From a virus (lineage: Duplodnaviria; Caudoviricetes): a DNA stretch of 64,000 nt. The position numbers and the translations under genes are program-made. Position 1 is the first letter of the stretch, and the number at the start of each line of letters is the position of its first letter. The stretch is from IMG/VR virus record IMGVR_UViG_3300046467_000865, positions 14,366-78,365 of that record, one strand, 5' to 3'. The notes beneath the pieces were generated by a model, which saw only the letters and a program-made list of their open reading frames with translations, was not told the DNA's origin and ran no database searches. Shown here in pieces: positions 37,329 to 46,946 of this stretch.

Positions 37329-37835
37329 TTACTTGCATATCTCCTGTAATTTCTCAATCCCCTTCTTCACATACCGTCTGGCAGTTTCTCTGCTATAGTT
37401 ATTTTCTTTGCCTATCTCTTCCATGGTTAATCCAAAAAAGAATTTTTGTTTTATAACAATTTCAAGTTTTGGTGGAAGTTTTTCAACAATGTCGAAGATT
37501 TCGAAGTTGTTTTTGTCTATACATTCAGTTAGCATATCGTCGTATGCAACTCCCTTTCTAAACTTATTTATTAGATAAAGCTCTTTTTGACATTCCCACT
37601 TTATACTATTGTAGAGATACGACGTAAATTTTTGACCGCCTAACGGATTGAATCTAACCATAGCTTTCCACAGAGCAACAAGTTTGCATCTGTGGATATC
37701 ATCAGGCGGTATAATACGAAGATAGAAGCTACAAACTTTACTCATTATCCTAATATTGTTAGGATTTTTAAGCTCTTTATCAAAATCTTCGTCTAGAATC
37801 ATTTTTTGATACATACATTTCCTACGCCCTCTCAT
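37329..37835 (-). CDS. phage sigma-70-like factor
   Basis: Region 2-like LWKAMVRFNP...KFTSYLYNSI and region 4 HTH TMEEIGKENNYSRETARR. Confidence 0.8.
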   Translation of the reverse strand: MRGRRKCMYQKMILDEDFDKELKNPNNIRIMSKVCSFYLRIIPPDDIHRCKLVALWKAMVRFNPLGGQKFTSYLYNSIKWECQKELYLINKFRKGVAYDDMLTECIDKNNFEIFDIVEKLPPKLEIVIKQKFFFGLTMEEIGKENNYSRETARRYVKKGIEKLQEICK

Positions 37836-37848
37836 TGTCCTCCGGCTT

Positions 37849-38487
37849 TTAATTATCGTCTGAATGCAATAAAACCCCGCCAGTTATGAGTTTGGCATTT
37901 TTATATAGCAACAAAGTCTCTTTAAATAATTTATCGTTGTCGCTATCAGACGATATACAATCAAGTTCTCCATTGGGGAAAACAAAAATGGCCCAATGTT
38001 TATGAGAACATAAGTCATCTTTAAGAAGGTTTATCGCATCAGAAGTCGGCTCGTGGTCGTGGTAAGCCGGTGATGAGCAAACTTGTTTTTCTATATTTAC
38101 TCGAACATCTCTGAAGCTAAATAATTTTCCTATTCCTATAAAAAATCTGTATCTAGTTAGAACCATTAGAACTTCAACGCCGGGGGTTCTTTCAATAATT
38201 TCCTGAACTTCGTAAGTGATGTCAAAATCGGTATACCCAAGCCAGCAGTCAAACTGCTTTGTTGGACTCATCTTGTCATTTACATTGTACATACCCATTG
38301 GAGTATTGACTAATTTAGGAATACTCTCAAAAAAACTAGCTAAGTCATACTCCGTAGGCTCTTCGGAGATTTCTTCAGCGTCTAAGTTTGGAGAAAACAG
38401 GGATTGCAGACTGTTCGGACTGCTTTCGGCCTCTGGGTCTTCCCATTTTTCCCACGCTATAGTGTTTTGTTGGGAGGTCATAGACAC
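37849..38487 (-). CDS. hypothetical protein
   Basis: Collinear ORF. Confidence 0.55.
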   Translation of the reverse strand: MSMTSQQNTIAWEKWEDPEAESSPNSLQSLFSPNLDAEEISEEPTEYDLASFFESIPKLVNTPMGMYNVNDKMSPTKQFDCWLGYTDFDITYEVQEIIERTPGVEVLMVLTRYRFFIGIGKLFSFRDVRVNIEKQVCSSPAYHDHEPTSDAINLLKDDLCSHKHWAIFVFPNGELDCISSDSDNDKLFKETLLLYKNAKLITGGVLLHSDDN

Positions 38488-38493
38488 CTCTCT

Positions 38494-38811
38494 TTAGAAG
38501 GGGTTGTCGGGAAAAACTTCTGTCGGTCTCACAACCGGTGTGGATTGAAGTTGTTTAGCCTGTCTATCATACCTTTTTGTAAGACCCGCTACAAGGGCGG
38601 CATAGGATGCTTCGCGTCCGTTTTGGGCGCACTCTTCTTCAAAAAAACTAAGAGTGTCTGAAAGGAGTTGCCCTGAGTGTAGATCGTATAGCATATCTGT
38701 GAACAGGCTGTTATCGTCGCCCCACTCTGCGTCTACCCATACGACGCCGTCCGTGTCGATGCTATAGATTACATACCCGAGTGAATCTTTTTTTTTACCA
38801 CTTAGATTCAT
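38494..38811 (-). CDS. hypothetical protein
   Basis: Collinear ORF. Confidence 0.5.
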   Translation of the reverse strand: MNLSGKKKDSLGYVIYSIDTDGVVWVDAEWGDDNSLFTDMLYDLHSGQLLSDTLSFFEEECAQNGREASYAALVAGLTKRYDRQAKQLQSTPVVRPTEVFPDNPF

Positions 38812-39209
38812 CTCATTATTATGGTTAGACTGTTTAGTAATTTGTCATATTCCTTATCTAGAGAATCTCGCTTCTTTTGACTGTATTCAGTAAGCGTTAC
38901 CCAAGAGCCAGAAGTGACTTCAACATCTTCTGGTATAAAAACTCCGTGGTTTAGATATAGCTCAAGACCATCATCAGTTTCTACATTAGCGCAACCTATA
39001 AGTTTTACATCAAGCCAATATGGGTCAACGTCCAAGTGTTTTAGACATATTTTTTTAATGACATCTTCTACAGTTTGATGGGAGCCATAGAGTAAATAAT
39101 TGGGGATGGTGTTTTCTTCAGAAAGAAGAAGGCTGTAAACCACCTCTCCTTTAAGGGTTGTTGTAAATATGCCAAGGTTGACCCTAACCTTATACTTTAG
39201 AGAAGTCAT
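38808..39209 (-). CDS. hypothetical protein
   Basis: Collinear ORF. Confidence 0.5.
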   Translation of the reverse strand: MTSLKYKVRVNLGIFTTTLKGEVVYSLLLSEENTIPNYLLYGSHQTVEDVIKKICLKHLDVDPYWLDVKLIGCANVETDDGLELYLNHGVFIPEDVEVTSGSWVTLTEYSQKKRDSLDKEYDKLLNSLTIIMR

Positions 39210-39215
39210 ACCGTC

Positions 39216-39425
39216 CTAGCTTTCTTTCGATACAGCGTCCAAGATTGCCATGCAACTTATTGCGCTTTCGTAATCTCGTGTAGCCTTAACGACCTCTTCT
39301 ACTACGTTAGAGTGATCTCCTACAGCCAAGGGGTTGCTACAGTAAAGATCTAGCCTAACCCTAGCTTCCGCCGCCTTTGCATGAAAATGTTCTCTGGCAG
39401 CTTTCATTGTGGGACTCATTATCAT
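39216..39425 (-). CDS. small hypothetical protein
   Basis: SD AAGG; ...VGDHSNVVEE... pattern common in phage small proteins. Confidence 0.55.
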   Translation of the reverse strand: MIMSPTMKAAREHFHAKAAEARVRLDLYCSNPLAVGDHSNVVEEVVKATRDYESAISCMAILDAVSKES

Positions 39426-39460
39426 CCTTCCTTTAGGTTCTTACGTTAAATCGCGGCGAT

Positions 39461-39673
39461 CTACTTGGGAAGACAATTCCCACAGCTACAGCCGTTGTCG
39501 TCGCATTTGCATACGTCACAAGCGCAGTCGTCGCAAGCACAGACGGCTTTATCGCCACCGGCAACCGGACACACGCCAGCACAATTACATAGCAAGGGGC
39601 AGAAGTGCAGACAGTAACCTACTGCAATCCCAATACCCAAGCATAAAAAGTGTTCTTTGATGAAGTCTAGCAT
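39461..39673 (-). CDS. Cys-rich metallothionein-like protein with N-terminal hydrophobic segment
   Basis: 15 Cys in 70 aa; repeated CxC; SD GGGAG. Confidence 0.6.
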   Translation of the reverse strand: MLDFIKEHFLCLGIGIAVGYCLHFCPLLCNCAGVCPVAGGDKAVCACDDCACDVCKCDDNGCSCGNCLPK

Positions 39674-40500
39674 TTGATCTCTCCCTTAAATTGATATTGA
39701 ATTTCTTGGTGACATCCTCTCACGTTTGAGAAGTCCATAGACTTAAAATCTATCGACTGTCCTTCCAAAAACATTTCATTCAGCTTTTCTAAACTAATTC
39801 CATGCTTAACGCCAGCGGCGTTAGCCGAAGATCCAACAATATTAATGGGGGTGTTGACTACAACGCTCTCTGAGAAACACGACATAACCGGTGGCAGACT
39901 GTTTGCTTTGCCCCTGCCTTCAAAACCATTCGGTGTGTCAAAATCATAATCAATCATATCAGAGATAGTTTTAGTTTTAAATATGTGTCCGTCTACAGAA
40001 AAGGGGTATGCAAAATTAGTGTGCTCTGGAAGAGCGGTCCAATCCCACAAAAGGTAAGTGTCGTCAAATACTGCGACTTTTTGAGGAATAGGAGAGTACG
40101 TGCCTTTATATTCATTTTGTATCAAAGTGTTGGCCCCGAGTCTTAGTGATAGACAGACTACGTTGTCGTCGTGTTCAAACAATTCAGAAATAGAATTAAA
40201 ATTAACATCTATTTTTCTGTAGACTATGTTGTCATCAACAAAGAAGCAGACATATTCACCACAATTATCAATGGCGTTTAAAGTTATTTCTCTAAAGTCA
40301 GACGGAGCGTTTTCCTGTTTAATGAAATTCACATCACTGTAATTATCCAGCAGCTTATCATAACCCTCTTGAAAAGCATCGTCAGTAGCCGTGTAGATTA
40401 CTGTGCTGTCGAATAAGTCCGAACCGTTTTCATTCATACTCTCCAGTAGAAGGTTTAACTGGTTCGCTCTGTCTTTAGAAAAAATAATTGTGGATATCAT
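39667..40500 (-). CDS. GT-A fold glycosyltransferase
   Basis: Start MISTIIFSKDRANQL at 40500 (ATGA); FFVDDN DxD-like motif. Confidence 0.7.
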   Translation of the reverse strand: MISTIIFSKDRANQLNLLLESMNENGSDLFDSTVIYTATDDAFQEGYDKLLDNYSDVNFIKQENAPSDFREITLNAIDNCGEYVCFFVDDNIVYRKIDVNFNSISELFEHDDNVVCLSLRLGANTLIQNEYKGTYSPIPQKVAVFDDTYLLWDWTALPEHTNFAYPFSVDGHIFKTKTISDMIDYDFDTPNGFEGRGKANSLPPVMSCFSESVVVNTPINIVGSSANAAGVKHGISLEKLNEMFLEGQSIDFKSMDFSNVRGCHQEIQYQFKGEIKC

Positions 40501-41003
40501 GTGTCGCTTTTCTTTTCGTCGTTTTCTGTGACTTTTTTGACCTTCTTTTCGGGCACTACCGGCTTCAGGTCTTCGGGTCTTGTTCCCGGTTCTTTTCCTT
40601 TTCCGGCTCCGTTGTGAGCGACGGCATCTTTCTTTACGGGAACACACTTGCCGTCTTTTTCAACATACCCCTCGTTGCAGTTGGGGGGATACCCAGCCTT
40701 TTTATCGGCGTAAGACTCTGATGTTCTATTTAGAATATGATCAGACATAGTTTCACCTCTCGTTCTTTTTTTAAATATTAAAGTTCTTCCCTTTTTTCTA
40801 TACACACCCCTTCTGGAATAGTAAAAGAGTTCTCCAGTCTTGGGGTCTTCATATTCATAAGCACCCTTAGACTTATTCTCCCACTTACTGTTACAGAAAG
40901 CGACTCTTTGTTTTGAATCTGGAAAATCTCTCTTAGCTTCTTCGCTTGACATACATCGTGATATGTAGTCTTTTTTTTGTTCGCTTTTACGTGGAGACGG
41001 CAT
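40497..41003 (-). CDS. hypothetical modular protein
   Basis: YISRCM...QRVAFC module and a PPNC...KC module; internal SD GAGGTG before MSDH suggests a second start. Confidence 0.5.
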   Translation of the reverse strand: MPSPRKSEQKKDYISRCMSSEEAKRDFPDSKQRVAFCNSKWENKSKGAYEYEDPKTGELFYYSRRGVYRKKGRTLIFKKRTRGETMSDHILNRTSESYADKKAGYPPNCNEGYVEKDGKCVPVKKDAVAHNGAGKGKEPGTRPEDLKPVVPEKKVKKVTENDEKKSDT

Positions 41004-42066
41004 TAATGATCTCCTTTGCTGTATTGTTCCAAGAAAATTTTTCGGCTGTTTTTATACATTCTTTGTTAGCAAGGAGGTCACCCCTTTGCTTGGCTCTGTG
41101 TATAGCATTCATGTAGAAAGCTATCTCTTTAACCTGTTTGTCTCCAACTTTAGCCCATTGTCCTTGACCAAAGAACCACTTTTCGTCAACTGCATCTTCT
41201 TTTTCATCCGTGTATATAAGCATAGAATTATCTTTGGTGCAAAATTCAGTATGGCCAGAATAGTTGGTGGCAATAACGTGTTTGCCGCAAGACATCAGTT
41301 CTAACAATTCTAGGTTCCAACCTTCTGCTCTAGACGGAAAAACACCACAGTCTACTTGTCTCATTATATTATACACATCTTTTTGACTGCTTTGCCTAGG
41401 AATTATTCTAATCTTGTTGCCCATGGGGGAGTTTTTGTACAGATCTTCCCAATATTTATTTTCCTCGTCTGAGTAAAAAGGATTGTTGCACATCATCCAC
41501 AACTCAACGTCGTCCTCAGTAGAAAAAGCCCTGTTAAAAGCTTCGACTAGAATATCGTGACCTTTTCTGACTTCCCATTTTCCACAGTTAAAAAACACGG
41601 TCTCAGATCTAGAAGACACATCCGTTCTAAATATATCTCTATCTACGCCTAGGGGGGCTACAGAGACTGGTGGACAATTAGGCAACGAGTTTAGGCAGAC
41701 TTCTTTTGCCCATTCGGAGCAGACAAGTATCTTATCCAAGCTGCTCAGGTGGTGGGATTCTACGGTTGTGAATTTGTCTAGCTCAAAAATAGGGAACCCG
41801 ATCTTTTTACCCCTGCCCACAAACTGGCTCATATCATGTTGATGCCAGATCCGTAGACAAGGTGCGTTAAAATCAGGCAATTCAGACCTTCTGACACACT
41901 CTTTGATTTGTTCTACATGGACGTTGTCAATCTCCGGTTGTCCTATGGGCCACAGCGAAACTTCCAACAGCTTATTTAGTTCTAGAACTATATTTAGACC
42001 CGCAACGCCGTAACCCAGTTGGTTTAGAGGTGATATTATGTTAATAGCTTTATCTTGCTTCATCAT
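40987..42066 (-). CDS. GT-B (GT4) glycosyltransferase
   Basis: GYGVAG, FNCGKWEVRKGHDIL, FPSRAEGWNLELLELMSCG, TNYSGH. Confidence 0.88.
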   Translation of the reverse strand: MMKQDKAINIISPLNQLGYGVAGLNIVLELNKLLEVSLWPIGQPEIDNVHVEQIKECVRRSELPDFNAPCLRIWHQHDMSQFVGRGKKIGFPIFELDKFTTVESHHLSSLDKILVCSEWAKEVCLNSLPNCPPVSVAPLGVDRDIFRTDVSSRSETVFFNCGKWEVRKGHDILVEAFNRAFSTEDDVELWMMCNNPFYSDEENKYWEDLYKNSPMGNKIRIIPRQSSQKDVYNIMRQVDCGVFPSRAEGWNLELLELMSCGKHVIATNYSGHTEFCTKDNSMLIYTDEKEDAVDEKWFFGQGQWAKVGDKQVKEIAFYMNAIHRAKQRGDLLANKECIKTAEKFSWNNTAKEIINAVST

Positions 42067-42274
42067 CCATAGACTTCCGTATAAAATCCCAATCTATATT
42101 ATTAACTATGGCTTGGGTGCAAGAACCCATGAAAGGATGAGCATTTTTAGATTCTACAGCTAGTAAGCCAGCGTGTTTTTTAAGCTGTTCCAAATTGTAA
42201 CTCGTATTAATTTTAGCCTCTTCGCAATAATCTTCAAATATTCGGGTGGCCATATTAGGATACGCCTTCATCAA
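42050..42274 (-). CDS. hypothetical protein
   Basis: Collinear ORF. Confidence 0.45.
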   Translation of the reverse strand: MMKAYPNMATRIFEDYCEEAKINTSYNLEQLKKHAGLLAVESKNAHPFMGSCTQAIVNNIDWDFIRKSMDDEAR

Positions 42275-43217
42275 ATGACCTCCTTATTATGTTTTTCCAA
42301 TAAGATAATTTAGACTTGTCAAGATTAAATTCCAATTTTTCAAGTTCTTTATGACGTTCTTTCAGAAACTCTAGACTCAACTGACCCCAGTCTTGTATCG
42401 TCAATATCGGAAGACCTGACAAGTATTTAACCATTGGGCAATCAATAACTATGGGTATTGAACCCAAGTAAATAGATTCTAGTATTCGATAACAATCAAG
42501 ACCATTTCCAAAAGGACACGCCACAAAAACGTGACTCGCCAAGTCTTTAAAATAATCGAGTGTGTCTCTTTCAGGTTTTGTGTAATATGTAACCCAGTCA
42601 AAATCATTGCGCTCAAAGTAATTTTTTAAGTGCATTCTTTCGTTTGTGTAGTTTTGCCAATTTATATATAGCCAATTTTTTCTATCTTCGAAAGAGACTA
42701 AGTCAGTGTTGAATATATCGTTTGTAGAAGCAGTCCCGACGCCTATCGGTATGCCCTGAATTTTATTTTGTATTACTTGAGGATTTACAACAAACCATTT
42801 AATGATATTATCTGGTATCTTGTCGAATGTGGCGTTCGTAAAAGAATACATTTTTACAGAGTAGACATCATCTATGTTGCAATTCTCTATATTACATCTT
42901 GGGCCAATCTTTAGAGATTGGTATCCAATTTTTAATATCTCTTCTTCCAAAAACGGCAACCATTTTAGCATATCGTTCGCAACCGGGTGCTCTTTTTGGT
43001 ACGCCGGTCCAGAATCACTGAAGCCGCTGACTACTACATATTTATTATCGGTTAATTTACACTTGTCGAAAAACTTTGTTATGTGTTCTATATTACAATA
43101 CACCACACCAGAAGGTGGTATTTGTCCTTCTTCTGGGTAGTCGTACTCATAATTGCAATCTCCTATACTCATCCAAGACTTACAATTAATTATGTCTAAT
43201 TTATCTATCAGGGACAT
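42255..43217 (-). CDS. exostosin/GT47-like glycosyltransferase
   Basis: FVACPFGNGLDCYRILESIYLGSIPIV. Confidence 0.7.
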   Translation of the reverse strand: MSLIDKLDIINCKSWMSIGDCNYEYDYPEEGQIPPSGVVYCNIEHITKFFDKCKLTDNKYVVVSGFSDSGPAYQKEHPVANDMLKWLPFLEEEILKIGYQSLKIGPRCNIENCNIDDVYSVKMYSFTNATFDKIPDNIIKWFVVNPQVIQNKIQGIPIGVGTASTNDIFNTDLVSFEDRKNWLYINWQNYTNERMHLKNYFERNDFDWVTYYTKPERDTLDYFKDLASHVFVACPFGNGLDCYRILESIYLGSIPIVIDCPMVKYLSGLPILTIQDWGQLSLEFLKERHKELEKLEFNLDKSKLSYWKNIIRRSFDEGVS

Positions 43218-44721
43218 CTATTCCTACCCCTCCAAACAGTGTCATTGTATCCATACAAAAGACAGGTCTCTCTGTTCTTTTATATATCTCGGCGGCTTGT
43301 GCGTGTTCGCTTTCTACAAAAAGGGCCGCTTCTGGACATCGGTAATAAGCTTCCGCTTTCCATTTGCCAAAACCTTCGTTGGAGAGTCTTTCTTCTACGG
43401 AGTCGTATGGACTCATGATTAGCTGCTTATATTTAATCTTGTGTAGAGCCAACCAGTCCTCGGTAATATCTCTATATTTTTCAAGTCTAGCGGTTACAAT
43501 TTTCATCAATGGGTATTGAGGAACGTAAACCGTTGGCTCAACTGTTTTCAAATGCTCTACATAGTCTGCGCTGCCATCTACTATAGTCCCGTCAAAGTCT
43601 GGGCAGAGAACTCCGTCTAGATCGCAAAGGTATGCCCCGCACTGAGGGTCTCTCAGAAAGCTCCATTCCCACGAATGGTAGATTGTCGGCAAAATCCCGT
43701 AGAAAAAATCTACATCATCTTTTCTATCTTCGTTGATATACATCAACCCGTAAACAAACTTTCCCTTGTTTTTGAGATATGATTTAGTTCTCTTAAGAGA
43801 GGAGCCACTCCAGCAAGTATCATCAACGACGAGTATCGGGCCAGTGGGTTTATATATCGGTCTAGATATACTTGGCCTCCAACAGAAGTTGTTGTGTAGA
43901 ATTCCGTCTACGGTGACAAGTGGTATGTTGCGATATTCAGAAATAATAGACGCTATAAAAGATCCGCTTCGTGGTATGCCACAAACAGCACTTACTTCTG
44001 GAATATCTTTACACCAGTCTTTTATATCCTTGATCACACCTGCATAAGACTTGTATACGAATTGATGAGTGCCATCGTCAAAAGGGGCTTTAAAATTAAG
44101 ATCAATCAATTCATTGACTGGCCTTGTTTCGTCCACAGACCTGCAAATAAATTGAGCATGATTCTCACTTGGGTATTTTGATTTTGCAAATTGATATATA
44201 TTACAATCTTCCATTACTATTTCGAAGTTAGGATCATCTTGTATTATTTTAGCAACATTTTCGTGTTCAGGACCATCAATATAACATCTAGTTGTTATAT
44301 ATAACGTAGAAGTAATTTTTCGCATGTCTTCAAGAAACTTCTTAACTGCTTCTGCACTGTCCATAGTCTGAAACACGAATGAAGCGATGACCATGTCGTA
44401 TTTATTTTGTTGAATTGTAGACCAATCACTCGTTAACAAATCAATGTCTTCTTTACACAATTCTTCACATCTACCCACAATGGATTCCAAGTCATAGCCA
44501 TGAAGCTCTGTGCTGAATCCTTTGAAATACTTGAAGTGTCTACCAATGCCGCATCCAAAATCTAGTATTTTGTATTTTCTACCTTTGACATCGATTAAAT
44601 CTAACGGGGTGTGGGGTAGAGCCTCTGCCTCTCCGTGTCCGGTCAGAATACACTCTTTTAACTCTACGTCGTTGGTGTCTAGGCCTACTTGCTCCCACCG
44701 TTCGTTATTAAGATAATCCAT
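43201..44721 (-). CDS. SAM methyltransferase + PRTase-like + HAD-like fusion
   Basis: LDFGCGIGR; CGIPRSG...LVVDDTCWSGSSL; CDLDGVLC...TARLEKYR...VESE. Confidence 0.75.
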   Translation of the reverse strand: MDYLNNERWEQVGLDTNDVELKECILTGHGEAEALPHTPLDLIDVKGRKYKILDFGCGIGRHFKYFKGFSTELHGYDLESIVGRCEELCKEDIDLLTSDWSTIQQNKYDMVIASFVFQTMDSAEAVKKFLEDMRKITSTLYITTRCYIDGPEHENVAKIIQDDPNFEIVMEDCNIYQFAKSKYPSENHAQFICRSVDETRPVNELIDLNFKAPFDDGTHQFVYKSYAGVIKDIKDWCKDIPEVSAVCGIPRSGSFIASIISEYRNIPLVTVDGILHNNFCWRPSISRPIYKPTGPILVVDDTCWSGSSLKRTKSYLKNKGKFVYGLMYINEDRKDDVDFFYGILPTIYHSWEWSFLRDPQCGAYLCDLDGVLCPDFDGTIVDGSADYVEHLKTVEPTVYVPQYPLMKIVTARLEKYRDITEDWLALHKIKYKQLIMSPYDSVEERLSNEGFGKWKAEAYYRCPEAALFVESEHAQAAEIYKRTERPVFCMDTMTLFGGVGIDVPDR

Positions 44722-45043
44722 TTTTTCTTTTCATCTCGTTTTGAACATATATACAGGGTGAACCATCACATATTTCGTGTATCTTTTCATTCAGAATATG
44801 TTTTCTCAAGTCCTTAATTCTCGCACCGTCCCATATTTCTTCTAGATCATTATCGTGTAGGTTGCCCAAAGACCCCGTACTCCAGCAACACGGTCTCACC
44901 TCTCCGTCAGCTAGTACCTGTACGGTATGCCAAGGGTATCTGCAATCTTTATAGATTAAATCTTCCTCTACCTTATCTGATTTCACGGGTTGCGATTTGT
45001 CCAAATTCGTATCCGATGAAATCCCATTCTCTTTCTTGTGCAT
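44708..45043 (-). CDS. stand-alone SPASM domain
   Basis: CRYPW...GEVRPCCW...GNL...IW...C...C. Confidence 0.8.
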   Translation of the reverse strand: MHKKENGISSDTNLDKSQPVKSDKVEEDLIYKDCRYPWHTVQVLADGEVRPCCWSTGSLGNLHDNDLEEIWDGARIKDLRKHILNEKIHEICDGSPCIYVQNEMKRKNGLS

Positions 45044-45740
45044 ATACTTTAGCTTCTCTTATTTTTTGATTATAAGTGAACTCATAATCCCACAAACCCT
45101 GCTCTTCATAAATAAAAGTCCAATCTCCATAATCTCTGTTGTAATGCTGATTGGCTTCTCCCCAATTGTTCATGGGCCATACTTTTACTGTGTCACATCC
45201 AAGCTTCCCGATAGTCAAATCCATGAAGTCTATTATCTGATGAATATTTTCTTTCATAAGCGTCATGTTGGTGTAGACCACTGGGTATTTTTGTTTCCTA
45301 GATTTTTTTTGATCTACGAAGTTGGCTAAATTGTTCAGGACAGTATCAAAATCATACATTCTTATCTTTTTATACGTCTCTTTGTCGGCTGCGTCTAAAG
45401 AAACATTCAATACTTTCAAGTTTGAATTCAGGAGATCGTCAATCATCTGATCCGTTAAGATTGTTAGGTTTGTGTTGACATCGGCCCAGCAATTTTTGGG
45501 TATGTGTTGGAGAAGTTTCCAGAAAGAGGAACTTATCAAAGGCTCTCCTATTCCATGAAGCTGGACAGCTTGCAGGGTCTTCATCATAGGAATAATTTTG
45601 TCTATTAAATCGTCTTCTAGAAACTTAGGTCTTTTTACAGCGTGTTCATTGTCGCGCGGCAAAGACTGTGGGCACATCACACATTTGAGATTGCATTTAG
45701 AAGCCGTCTCTATTATCATGTTAATGGGAAGATTAGACAT
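44973..45740 (-). CDS. radical SAM protein
   Basis: CNLKCVMC, HGIGEP, NTN, VSLDA; ends before the SPASM domain. Confidence 0.9.
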   Translation of the reverse strand: MSNLPINMIIETASKCNLKCVMCPQSLPRDNEHAVKRPKFLEDDLIDKIIPMMKTLQAVQLHGIGEPLISSSFWKLLQHIPKNCWADVNTNLTILTDQMIDDLLNSNLKVLNVSLDAADKETYKKIRMYDFDTVLNNLANFVDQKKSRKQKYPVVYTNMTLMKENIHQIIDFMDLTIGKLGCDTVKVWPMNNWGEANQHYNRDYGDWTFIYEEQGLWDYEFTYNQKIREAKVYAQEREWDFIGYEFGQIATREIR

Positions 45741-45744
45741 CGGT

Positions 45745-46626
45745 TTAAATCATAGTATAGTGAACGTTAGAATACAGGGCTATCTGGCTGGGGTTTAGAT
45801 AAATATCGTCTATTCCAACATCCAACATCCTGCTGTGTAACTCTACATGGTCACAGTCTGGGCCTGAATATCTAGCGTCATGCCGAAAAGCAGAGTGCTT
45901 ATACAATGCTAACCCCCCAAAGCATGACAGAACTCTAAAGGGTTCTTCACCCCTGTTGTAGGTCAAGGCGTTTATCTCAGAACTTACGTGTTGTTCGGGG
46001 TGGCCTATTCTTCTAAAGGCAAGCGAATCATAATAAACCCTAATCATGGAGGGGCTTCCATCTTCGTCTTTCAGAGATGGCGACAGTCCATATAAAAGCC
46101 CATTAGATCCCATTGCGCTCCAGTTGTCATACCCAAAGCTGTTGCATATTCCTTCGTAGCTCCACCCCCCTTTTAGATCTAAATCAGCCACTATAATATA
46201 GTCTGAGGATACAGATCTGCTAAATATTTCTGCTAAATATTTATTTCTATAGTTTGCTAGCGCAACTAACCTGTCGACATCCGTGCTTGACTTATGTTTT
46301 TTATCCCCTAGTTTTTCACTCAAGATTTTCACATTGTAATTTTTGTCTTCCCACTGTCTCAATAATATATCGGTATTATCAGTTGAATCATTCTCATATA
46401 TAACAACCCTATAATCATCAAACATCTTGCCCAAACGCTCAATTCTGGCTATGTTCGCCATAATATTTTTAGATATATCTCTAGCTATACCACAAATTAC
46501 AACGGTAGACTCGCTCATCTTCTGTCTACCTAGTATTACCTTTGCGTTGTATTCCTCTTGATTCTCCTGACTACATGGATACAGGGATTCTGGAAATTTA
46601 GATATATACCACTTAAGTGCATTCAT
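45745..46626 (-). CDS. CAP59/mannosyltransferase-like GT-A glycosyltransferase
   Basis: ICGIARD, YENDSTDNT, LANYRNKYL, VADLD, YYDSLAFR, SCFGGLALYK, CDHV. Confidence 0.72.
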   Translation of the reverse strand: MNALKWYISKFPESLYPCSQENQEEYNAKVILGRQKMSESTVVICGIARDISKNIMANIARIERLGKMFDDYRVVIYENDSTDNTDILLRQWEDKNYNVKILSEKLGDKKHKSSTDVDRLVALANYRNKYLAEIFSRSVSSDYIIVADLDLKGGWSYEGICNSFGYDNWSAMGSNGLLYGLSPSLKDEDGSPSMIRVYYDSLAFRRIGHPEQHVSSEINALTYNRGEEPFRVLSCFGGLALYKHSAFRHDARYSGPDCDHVELHSRMLDVGIDDIYLNPSQIALYSNVHYTMI

Positions 46627-46946
46627 ACGCTAAAGCTCGTTCCACATCCGCAACCTCCAGTTGCATTTGGGTTGTCAAACTTAAACCCCCTCTTCATAAT
46701 ATCTTCAATCCAGTCAACTGTGCAGCCGTCAATAAATGGCTCACCCTTTTTATCTACGACAAACGAAACCTCTTTTTGTTTGTATTTAGAAAAAGTATCA
46801 TCAACTTCTTCTTCTTCAATGAAGCCCATCTTGTATTCAAAGCCGCTGCACCCACCACCCGCAACGCCTATACGTAAAACTGCGGTTGGATGACCTTCAC
46901 CAAACTCTTGAACTTTTTCTAACGCCGCGTCTGTAAATGTTATCAT
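46623..46946 (-). CDS. iscA: A-type Fe-S carrier (IscA/HesB family)
   Basis: ITFTDAA, GGGCSGFEY, FDNPNA, CGCGTSF. Confidence 0.95.
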   Translation of the reverse strand: MITFTDAALEKVQEFGEGHPTAVLRIGVAGGGCSGFEYKMGFIEEEEVDDTFSKYKQKEVSFVVDKKGEPFIDGCTVDWIEDIMKRGFKFDNPNATGGCGCGTSFSV

